Below the pieces are notes generated by a model that saw only the letters and a program-made list of their open reading frames with translations, ran no database searches and was not told the DNA's origin. 64,000 bases of DNA from Octopus vulgaris (lineage: Eukaryota). Numbering within the stretch: position 1 is the first letter of the stretch; the number at the start of each line of letters is the position of its first letter. Below are positions 53,340-64,000 of the stretch, piece by piece. A program made the position numbers and the translations under genes. The stretch spans positions 32,054,001 through 32,118,000 of the forward strand of contig OX597837.1 of assembly GCA_951406725.2 (NCBI GenBank), written 5' to 3'.

Positions 53340-53628
53340 CACGTGGTTCTTTTACCATTTAGTATTTCGTTTCGAGCCCTCCATCCTGCTGACCTTTGGT
53401 AAAATCATTACGTTCTTGTCGACTGAGGAATGTTCACCTGGAATGGAGAACACGATATTTCATAGTGGGTTGACAGGGTGGCTACAATCAGTTTTGCCTT
53501 TTTTGTTTTCTTACAATGTTGGTCCTAAGATCTTTAAGGTTGCCGTTCTTATCAGGTCTAACATTGCAATAACCCCTTCGTTTATCGGATCTCTGATATG
53601 TCGTAGAACCATCGGCATTCGTAATAAG

Positions 53629-53685
<57 letters not shown>

Positions 53686-53691
53686 GGATAG

Positions 53692-53820
53692 TTACAAGGT
53701 AGAGCTTTTCTTTTGGGGGTTGAAGAAAACAAAAAAACAAGAGAAAAAAAAGAAAAAAAAGGGGTGGCGTAGGTTTTCGATCAAGAGGGATAGTAAAAGG
53801 GAAGAAAAGAACAAAAAAAA
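53692..53820 (-). mobile_element. 3'UTR fragment of the Tx1/L1-like LINE inside (GATA)n
   Basis: The reverse complement contains TGATCGAAAACCTAC and AAAAGAAAAG(C/T)TCTACCTT, as at 27705-27760. Confidence 0.7.
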
Positions 53821-53906
53821 TAATAAATGAATAAAATAAAAATAAAAAGAATAAAAAGAAAAAAAAGAAAAAGATAGATAGATATATAGATGGATAGATA
53901 GATGAA

Positions 53907-54024
<118 letters not shown>

Positions 54025-54254
54025 TAAAGATAGATAGATAGACACCTATATATATAAATATATATATATATATGACAGACACACACTGAACTTGATGGCA
54101 TACAAAAGACGCACTGGTATATCGTATACACCTCTGTTTCAGCAACTCGTATTTGGGGGAAAAAATGTGTTTTTAGTGCACCAAAGCATGTAGTATTGGC
54201 CCAATTTCGCTTATAGAGTCCAGGGTGAATTTAAAGTTATATTTATGCATATAT

Positions 54255-54545
54255 CACCGTGACCGACCAGGCTATCAGATGTTGCTACACATCGCTGGTC
54301 ACAATGCGCTTCGCATTGTTTTAGCCTTCACATGACGCCACCCCGCTGGTTAAGCGAGCAGGCCAACAGAAGAAAGAGAGGGAGAAAGTTGTGGCGAAAG
54401 GGTACAACAGGGATCGAGCCCCCCCACCCTCTGCCGGAGCCTCGTGGAGCTTTAGGCGTTTTCGCTCAATAAACAATCACAACGCCCGGTCTGGGAATCG
54501 AAACCGTGAATTCGCTGCTCTAACCACTGGGCCATTGCGCCTCCA
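54255..54545 (-). mobile_element. SINE family E (B-like head/core, third tail type)
   Basis: Tail CATCTGATAGCCTGGTCGGTCACGGTG. TSD ATTTATG(C/T)ATATAT at 54241-54254 and 54546-54559. Confidence 0.88.
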
Positions 54546-54549
54546 CATT

Positions 54550-54580
<31 letters not shown>

Positions 54581-54844
54581 GTTCGCCTGGGGCTAAATGC
54601 AACAGTAACACCCCCACCACCCTGCCCTGTCCCTAGCCATATTCAGATGGCTTTAGTCCCTTATGTTATATATGTATTCTTTTAGATATTTCTTTGGAAA
54701 AGAAGTGCGTCCTGTATAGTACGGACATACATACAATCATACATACATACATATATACATCGATACGCACACGCATGCACACGCATCCACGCATACACTC
54801 ACACATGCATATTTATTCATACACACACATAAATAAATATGTAT

Positions 54845-54945
54845 ATACGATGGGCGCTGAAATGTTCCCTTCTTTAAGGGCATCGCGAATGACCCGGTTG
54901 GAGGCCCAACCCCACCATGTTCTTTTACAGGACTTAGAAAAATTA
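54845..54945 (+). mobile_element. Possible mariner terminal fragment
   Basis: TA|CGATGGGCGCTGAAATGTTCC resembles TACGAGGGG..CTGAAAAGTTCC-type mariner TIRs; no partner end seen. Confidence 0.4.
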
Positions 54946-54954
54946 TATATATAC

Positions 54955-55350
54955 AGGAGTGGTTGTGTGGTAAGTAGCTTGCTAACCAACCATATGGTTC
55001 CGGGTTCAGTCCCACTGCGTGGCATCTTAGGCAAGTGTCTTCTGCTATAGCCCCGGGCTGACCAATGCCTTGTGAGAGGATTTAGTAGACGGAAACTGAA
55101 AGAAGCCTGTCGTATATATGAATATATATATATATGTATGTATGTGTGTGTGTTTGCGTGTCTGTGTTTGTCCCCCTAGCATTGCTTGACAACCGATGTT
55201 GGTGTATTTATGTCCCCGTAAAGAGACCGATAGAATAAGTACTGGGCTTACAAAGAATAAGTCCCGGGGTAGATTTGCTCGACTAAAGGCGGTGCTCCAG
55301 CATGGCCGCAATCAAACGACTGAAACAAGTAAAAGAGTAAAAGAGCAAAA
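54955..55350 (+). mobile_element. SINE A
   Basis: Head to tail, with a short internal deletion. Confidence 0.92.
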
Positions 55351-55366
55351 GATATATATATATATA

Positions 55367-55621
<255 letters not shown>

Positions 55622-56085
55622 CGTATTTATTTATCAGTGTACGTATATGTATGAATATACATGCATATACATAGTTACATGTATGTGTGTTTGTGTGTGT
55701 GTGTGTGTGGTATGTGTATGTGTGCGTATATGGATGATTATGTATGCATGATGCATGTATGAATGTAATCGTGTACGTAAAGATTTCGTTTCCTTTCTGT
55801 GAAAGAGTGAGCCTGCAGGTGGCTGCGTTGATGCATCAGTTTCCTGAATAAAATTAAAACTCATTAATCCCTGCTTGATTTGTTGTTTGTATTAAATAAA
55901 ACCCCAATTCCCCCACCCGCCCCACCCCATCTACCCCCATACATCCCACCCGTCTACCCACTCTGAGAACCATTGCCAGCAACGATTCCACATCGAGTCG
56001 AGTGTCGCTTTTAAGAAACACTTTCGCCTTTTTCAAGCGCGCGATTTGAAAATGGGATCAAAACAAACAATAAAGGGTTAAGTAG

Positions 56086-56504
56086 AGGCGGCGGCGAGCT
56101 GGCAGAAACGTTAGCACGCCGGGCGAATTGCTTAGCGGTATTTCGTCTGCCGTTACGTTGTGAGTTCAAATTCCGCCGAGGTCGACTTTGCCTTTCATCC
56201 TTTCGGGGTCGATTAAATAAGTACCAGTTACGCACTGGGGTCGATATAATCGACTTAATCCGTTTGTCTGTCCTTGTTTTTCCTGTCTGTGTTTAACCCC
56301 TTATGGGCAGTAAAGAAATAGGTATTTCGTCTGCCGCTACGTTCTGAGTTCAAATTCCGCCGAGGTCGACTTTGCCTTTCATCCTTTCGGGGTCGATTAA
56401 ATAAGTACCAGTTACGCACTGAGGTCGATATAATCGACTTAATCCGTTTGTCTGTCCTTGTCTGTCCCCTCTATGTTTAGCCCTTTGTGGGCAATAAAGA
56501 AATA
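56086..56504 (+). mobile_element. SINE F array, 2 units
   Basis: One head; junction AAAGAAATA|GGTATTTCG. Confidence 0.93.
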
Positions 56505-56922
56505 AGGAAAGTGAAAGAAGCCTGTCATATAAGTTTGTGTGTCTGTCTGTGTTTGTCCATTACCACCGCTTGACAACCGGTGTTTGTGTGTTTACGTCCC
56601 CGTTATCTAGGGATTCTGCAAAAAAACACCGATAATAATAAACATTAAAAAAACGAAATAAGTCGGGGAGGGATTTGTTCGACTAAAACCCTTCAAGACG
56701 TTGCTCCAGCACGACCGCAGCCAAAAGAGAGAAAGAAGTACAAAGTAAAAAAAGAGAAAGGAAATAAAGATCGAAGTATTTAAGGATGTTGTGAATCTCA
56801 TGGTCCCACCAACCCGTCATTGAAGGTATTGCTCTAGCATGGCCGCTGACTAACGAAGAAAACTACTGAAAATGAATGTAGAAGGGTGGGGGTGAATATG
56901 TAAAAAAGAACAAACAAAATCA

Positions 56923-57328
56923 TGAGTGGCTATGTGGTAAGTAGTTTGCTAACCACCACATGGTTCCGGGTTCAGTCCCACTGCGTGGCATCTTGGGCAA
57001 GTGTCTTCTGCTATAGCCTCGGGCCGACCAATGCCTTGTGAGTGGATTTGGTAGACGGAAACTGAAAGAAGCCTGTCGTATATATGTATATATATATGTG
57101 TGTGTGTGTGTGTGTTTGTGTGTCTGTGTTTGTCTCCCTAGCATTGCTTGACAACCGATGCTGGTGTGTTTACGTCCCCGTCACCTAGCGGTTCGGCAAA
57201 AGAGACCGATAGAATAAGTACTGGGCTTACAAAAGAATAAGTCCCGGGGTCGATTTGCTCGACTAAAGGCGGTGCTCCAGCATGGCCGCAGTCAAATGAC
57301 TGAAACAAGTAAAAGATAAAAGATAAAA
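56923..57328 (+). mobile_element. SINE A
   Basis: Head to (AAAAGAT)n tail. Confidence 0.92.
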
Positions 57329-57730
57329 TCATAATCTAATGTACGGAACGTCAACGGGGACAAAATCAAGAAAATGAACCGGAAATACAATTAAGAATAA
57401 ACAAATAAATAAATAAATAAATGTGAGTTAGGGGTTTCTGGCGAGGGTGATGGCGGCGGTTTTGGTGAAGGGGTTATAAGATATTACCAAAAAGGAATGG
57501 TATTGTGGAAAAATATAGGGGAACATAAGAACGAATGTCAGGGGGTGAAAAAAAAGGGAGGAGGTGAGGTTGAGAAAGAAATAAAAAAAAGGGGTCAGAT
57601 GTGACGTCAAAATTCTAATGTAAGTCTGTGAAACTGGGTAACAGAGACTCGGGTATGATTATGCGTGCGTGTATGTGTGTGTGTGTGTGTGTGTGTATGT
57701 GCGTGTGTGTGTGTGTGTGTATGTGTGCGT

Positions 57731-57865
<135 letters not shown>

Positions 57866-57953
57866 GTGTGTGTGTGTGCGCGCGTGTGTTTTGACGCGAT
57901 TGTGACGAGGCTGGGAGTCTGCGAGGAGATTTGGGAAACGATGACGAAAGAAA

Positions 57954-58011
<58 letters not shown>

Positions 58012-58149
58012 GGAGAAAGAAGCGGAGGGAAAGAGAGCAAAAGATATATTGATGTATGTATATATATATATATATATATATATCCTCATATACACACACA
58101 TACAAGCTGAGAAACACACACACACACACACACAAATATATATATTTGA

Positions 58150-58768
58150 GTTTATTTGTTTCAGTCATTTGACTGCAGCCATGCTGGAGCAACGCCTTTA
58201 GTCGAACAAATCGACCCCAGGACTTATTCTTTGTGAGCATAGTACTTATTCTATCGGTGTCTTTTGCTGAACCGCTAAGTCACGAGCACGTAAACACACC
58301 ATCAGTTGTCAAGCGATGGTGGGGAGACAAACACAGATACACATACATACATACACACATACATGCATACATACATACATACACACATACATACACACAT
58401 ACATACATACATACATACATACACACATACATACACACATACATATATACATACATACATACATACATACATGCATGCATACATACATGCATACACACAT
58501 ACACACATACATACATACATGCATGCATACATACATACTTACATACATGCATACACGCATACACGCACACATACATACATACATACATACATACATACAT
58601 ACATACATACATACATACATACATACATACATAGACGACGGGCTTCTTTTAGTTTGGTCGGCCCGATGCTATAGTAGAAGACGCTTGCCCAAGGTACTAC
58701 GCAGTGGGACTGAACCCGGAAGCCTGTGGTTGGTTGGCAAGCTACTTACCACACGGCCACTCCTGCGC
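58150..58768 (-). mobile_element. SINE A with central microsatellite expanded to ~300 bp
   Basis: The A halves are separated by (CATA)n at 58337-58632. Confidence 0.88.
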
Positions 58769-59346
58769 CGCCTATGTATATATGCATCCATACCTACATA
58801 TACAAGGCGACTGCCGCATATTTTAACTATGGATATTGTTATCAAGTGGTTATTGCTTTAAAAATGGTTCGCCCTAACACGATCATATAAAACGGCTTCC
58901 ATTGTATATTCATTAATATATAAAACTAGTAATGCTATATAAAACATACGTGCATATGTGACAGTTATCACGTGCGCGCATACACACATCACGCGCACGC
59001 GTACACACAATTGTAAGTATACATGTACTGCTACATGCCTTTACATGAATACATGCATATATATATTTGTGTGTGTGTATGTGTATGTGTGTGTATGTGT
59101 GTGTATCTGTGCGTACGTATATATGTATGTATGTGTGTATGTATGTATGTATGTATGTATGTACGTATATATGTATGTAAGCATGTATGTATGTATATAT
59201 GTATGTATACATGCATATGTGTGTGTGCGCGTGTGTGTTTGTATAAAGATATATACACATATACACACACATATATGCATATATATATATATATACATGC
59301 ATGTACACTTATATATCCATTATATGTGTATATACATATTTTTGTA

Positions 59347-59440
<94 letters not shown>

Positions 59441-59455
59441 GTATATATATATATG

Positions 59456-59543
<88 letters not shown>

Positions 59544-59999
59544 TACACACACGCCCACATACAATGCCTCTCACCCAGACAGACAGAGGGAGAGGGACAG
59601 AGAAGGGGGGTTGCAAAGAATGAGAGAGAGAGAGAGAGGCGGAGAAGAAAGGGGGTCAGGGCATTTCCACAAATCTCTCCTTACACCCATTTGTATGTAA
59701 CAACAGAACGCCTTGTTCAAAATTTTGGGATTCCACCAAATTGTCGAAACGTGAACGCAATTTCTCTTTCCCTGCTGTAAGTATTATAATATAATATATG
59801 GAACGTCTATTAAAAGAAACAAAGTTCCTTAAGAACAGCCAACTAATTCCATGGCATCGGCACCTCCACGACTGCCTGTGGGTGCTGGATGGGGGTGAGG
59901 CAATTCCTGTCTGACACTAGAGGGCTCTGTTATTCAGTCAGTATGCCTGGTCCCTGTACTTCATAAAATTGTTCCAACTGCGGTAGATTTTTTTTTATA

Positions 60000-60298
60000 T
60001 CTTTATATATAAAAGTCAAGTTGTGTGTCTGTCTCCTACGATTTAGATTCCTAACTACTCCCACATTTTGCGGTGCAGTTTAACCAAAACCGGGTATCTT
60101 ATAGTCGTGATTCATATCGAGCCCTTCCGGGTATTAGCGCGCATCTACGATGAGTCTACGATTAAAAAGAAAATTTACCATAATTTTTTCCCATTTTTAA
60201 TGCATTTTTTTGCTATTATATAAGAGAAGTAACTCTCTAAAAATTCTTATATAGTTATTTCCTTTACAAACCCGAGCAACGCCGGGCGATACTGCTAG
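60000..60298 (+). mobile_element. Non-autonomous Helitron, second subfamily
   Basis: A|TCTTTATATATAAAAG 5' end. The last ~130 bp, including hairpin and CTAG|T, are shared with 24399-24788; the interior differs. Confidence 0.85.
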
Positions 60299-60539
60299 TT
60301 GTCAGATAAATTGCTTCGCTTTTTCTCTCCCTCTCCCTCTCCCACCCTCTGTTTCTTTGTTTCCCACCATCACCACCTTGCTTCGCCCTTCTTCGTCCTA
60401 TGCGTGAGAAATGGTAAAATTTATTTTATTCAAATTTTCGAAGACCATAAAATTTTGGAGAGGAAAAAAAATCGGGCTAAAAAAAAACAAAAGATTCAAA
60501 TGAAAAGAGAGAGGACGAACGAATTTATCTGACAACCTA

Positions 60540-60586
<47 letters not shown>

Positions 60587-60686
60587 TGGTGGTGGTGGTG
60601 GTGGTGGTGGTGGTGGTGATGTTAGTCTCAGATTAGACGGGCGAAATGCTCTGCCAGCTTGCCATAATAATATATTGATACTTAGT

Positions 60687-61068
60687 GGAGGCGCAATGGC
60701 CCAGTGGTTAGGGCAGCGGACTCGCGGTCATAGGATCGCGGTTTCGATTCCCAGACCGGGCGTTGTGAGTGTTTATTGAGCGAAAACACCTAAAGCTCCA
60801 CGAGGCTTCGGCAGGGGATGGTGGTGATCCCTGCTGTACTCTTTCACCACAACTTTCTCTCACTCTTACTTCCTGTTTCTGTTGTACCTGTATTTCAAGG
60901 GGCCGGCCTTGTCACTCTCTGTGTCACGCTGAATATCCCCGAGAACTACGTTAAGGGTACACGTGTCTGTGGAGTGCTCAGCCACTTACACGTTAATTTC
61001 ACGCGCAGGCTGTTCCGTTGATTCGGATCAACCGGAACCCTCGTCGTCGTAACCGACGGAGTGCTTCC
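60687..61068 (+). mobile_element. SINE B, full length
   Basis: TSD ATATTGATACT. Confidence 0.94.
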
Positions 61069-61098
61069 AAAAATATTGATACTCATTTTTGTCATTTT

Positions 61099-61400
61099 GG
61101 AGGCACATGGCCTAGTGGTTAGTGTAGTGGACTTGCGGTCGAGGGATCGCGGGTTCGAATCTCAGACCGGGCAATGTATGTGTTTATGGGCGAAACACCT
61201 AAGCTCCACGCGGCTCCGGCAGAAGGTAATGGTGAAACTTCTGCTGACTCTTTCGCCACAACTTTCTCTCACTCTTTCCTCCTGCATCTTGCAGCCCATC
61301 TGCGACGGACCGGCGTCCCGTCCAGGTTCAAGGAATCTATACGCCAAGGAAACCGGGAAACCGGCCCTTATGAGCCAAGCGTAACTCGAGAAGGAACAAA
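61099..61400 (+). mobile_element. SINE D, single head
   Basis: Matches the reverse complement of 51628-51930. Confidence 0.9.
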
Positions 61401-61574
61401 TAACTGTTCCTTCTAGAGGATGAAACAACAACAATTTTTGTTATTAAACACAGGTTTTAAGTTCAAATCCATTCTGTTAATAAGATTCATTTCCAAAGAT
61501 TTTCTCTCGTTTATAAATGTCATACTCCGTCTATTTCATTACTTTCTAAATATTCCGAAATCTGTCTTTGGTCT

Positions 61575-61983
61575 CTCTTTACTCTTTTACTCTTTTACTT
61601 GTTTCAGTCATTTGACTGCGGCCATGCTGGAGCACCGCCTTTAGTCGAGCAAATCGACCCCGGAACTTATTCTTTTGTAAGCCCAGTATTTATTCTATCG
61701 GTCTCTTTTGCCGAACCGCTAAGTGACGGGGACGTAAACACACTAGCGTCGGTTGTCAAGCAATGCTAGGAGGACAAACACAGACACACAAACACATATA
61801 TACACATATATACATATATACGACAGGCTTCTTTCAGTTTCCGTCTACCAAATCCACTCACAAGGCATTGGTCGGCCCGGGGCTATAGTAGAAGACACTT
61901 GCCCAAGATGCCACGCAGTGAGACTGAACCCGGAACCATGTGGTTGGTTAGCAAGCTACTTACCACACAGCCACTCCTGCGCC
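61575..61983 (-). mobile_element. SINE A, full length
   Basis: Tail to head. Confidence 0.93.
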
Positions 61984-62486
61984 CATGACCGCTTTTTTTT
62001 TTCTTATTTATTAACTTGTGTCTCTTCAAGTTTGACTCGGTGCATATATTTATATATTTTTCTTAAACCAATCGTTATTAATAAATAATATGTATTTCTG
62101 GAATGTGTAATTATTTTCTGGAATGTACTACACCTATCCTTATAAAGGCACCTACAACAAATACGATTGTTTACGTTCCAGTCATACAAATGAAATGATG
62201 GACATATTTCGTAAATTCCAAAGCAAAGTCAGAGAGATTCATTAACTTTTCAGCTCATTTCTGCACAACCTTATTTAAGTCACTCGATATTGCTACGACC
62301 ATTCATTAACATACTATAATCGTACTTCTTGTTTTCTCATGACACATGATGTCAAGATTTTTATGTATGTACCGGTTGGTGGGACGTCGGCAAGCTAAAA
62401 ATTCCTGGTGATTTTCTTGGTCATTTTACTAAGACAACTATTAACTTCATTATATTTTGTTGTTGCTGTTGTTATTGTTCAATGTG

Positions 62487-63055
62487 GATTGCTTTCCAAA
62501 CGCGTGGTTTTGGGTTCAGTTTAATTGTACAGTGTCTTGAGCAAGTTTCGTCTACTAAGGACCCGAGCCGACCAATAACTTGTGGGTGAATTTGGTAGAC
62601 TGAAATTCTATGAGAGCCCAGCATTTATGTGTGTAAGCGTGTGTTTGTATGTGTATGTGTGTGTGTGGAGGCGCAATGGCCCAGTGGTTAGGGCAGCGGA
62701 CTCGCGGTCATAGGATCGCGGTTTCGATTCCCGGACCGGGCGTTGTGAGTGTTTATTGAGCGAAAACACCTAAAGCTCCACGAGGCTCCGGCAGGGGATG
62801 GTTGTGATCCCTGCTGTACTCTTTCACCACAACTTTCTCTCACTCTTACTTACTGTTTCTGTTGTACCTGTATTTCAAAGGGCCGGCCTTGTCACTCTCT
62901 GTGTCACGCTGAATATCCCCGAGAACTACATTAAGGGTACACGTGTCTGTGGAGTGCTCAGCCACTTATACGTTAATTTCACGAGCAGGCTGTTCCATTG
63001 ATTCGGATCAACCGGAACCCTCGTCGTCGTAACCGACGGAGTGCTTCTCTCTCTC
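62487..63055 (+). mobile_element. Composite retrocopy: old A-like 5' part plus SINE B
   Basis: Matches 30128-30690 across the A/B junction. TSD TTATTGTTCAAT at 62472-62483 and 63056-63067. Confidence 0.92.
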
Positions 63056-63215
63056 TTATTGTTCAATACAGAATGTTATTTTGCCGGGAAAGTAACAATA
63101 TGTCAACTATCCACAACCAGTGGACGAAGGCAACACCCTTCATTCAGATTTCTGAATCTTCCTGAGAACTTACGTGAATGGTATGCGTGTCTGTGGAATG
63201 CTCGGCCACCTGATG

Positions 63216-63620
63216 AAGGCGGCGAGTTGGTAGAAACGTTAGCACGGCGGGCGAAATGCGTAGCCGTATTTCGTCTGCCGTTACGTTCTGAGTTCAAATT
63301 CCGCCGAGGTCGACTTTGCCTTTCATCCTTTCGAAGTCGATAAATTAAGTACCAGTTACGCACTGGGGTTGATGTAATCGACTTAGTCCGTTTGTCTGTC
63401 CTTGTTTGTCCCCTCTGTGTTTAGCCCCTTGTGGGTAGTAAAGAAATAGGTATTTCGTCTGCCGTTACGTTCTGAGTTCAAATTCCGCCGAGGTCGACTT
63501 TGCCTTTCATCCTTTCAGGGTCGATAAAATCAGTACCAGTTACGCACTGAGGTCGATGTAATCGACTTAATCCCTTCCCCCCAAATTTGAAGCCTTGTGC
63601 TTCCAGTAGAAAGGATTATT
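63216..63620 (+). mobile_element. SINE F dimer with mixed tails, running into (ATT)n
   Basis: Unit 1 has the GTAAAGAAATA tail; unit 2 has GCCTTGTGCTTCCAGTAGAAAGG followed by (ATT)n to ~63850. Confidence 0.92.
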
Positions 63621-63621
63621 A

Positions 63622-63688
<67 letters not shown>

Positions 63689-63732
63689 CATCATCATCAT
63701 CATCATTATTATTATTACTATTATTATTATTA

Positions 63733-63839
<107 letters not shown>

Positions 63840-64000
63840 ATTATTATTATTTCACAGCACTCCCAAGTAGGTTTGAGTGGCAGTTTCGTAATTTACATTA
63901 TATTTAAACTATTCTAAGTAATAATATATTACGGACACTGCATAGTAGCGTTATTTTCTGTAAGTTGCATATATTTTACTCTTTGCTGGTCCAGAGTATT

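Overview
AT-rich, repeat-saturated eukaryotic non-coding DNA, intronic or intergenic. The microsatellite load and SINE repertoire suggest an octopod cephalopod; this is inference from sequence character only. I found no host protein-coding exon, and almost every ORF in the track is a microsatellite or SINE artefact. Four real but dead coding relics are present: a Penelope-like RT fragment (1160-1505, -), a DD37D/maT-type mariner-like transposase (11627-12410, -), two tandem RTE/BovB-like 3' ends (20940-21620, -) and a Tx1/L1-like ORF2 C-terminus with 3'UTR (27180-27805, +). The rest is tRNA-derived SINEs (my own labels A-F), three non-autonomous Helitrons, hAT/mariner MITE relics and hammerhead-like motifs. 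Main signals: (1) SINE F shares its 3' tail with the Tx1/L1-like LINE and forms one-head, ~184-bp tandem arrays whose internal junction resembles its genomic insertion sites, suggesting self-targeting. (2) There are local TSD-flanked copies of neighbouring sequence, including an (AAT)n-ended 35-nt copy and a composite SINE copy 32 kb from its apparent source. (3) One SINE head/core occurs with four different tails. All identities and mismatch counts were made by eye.
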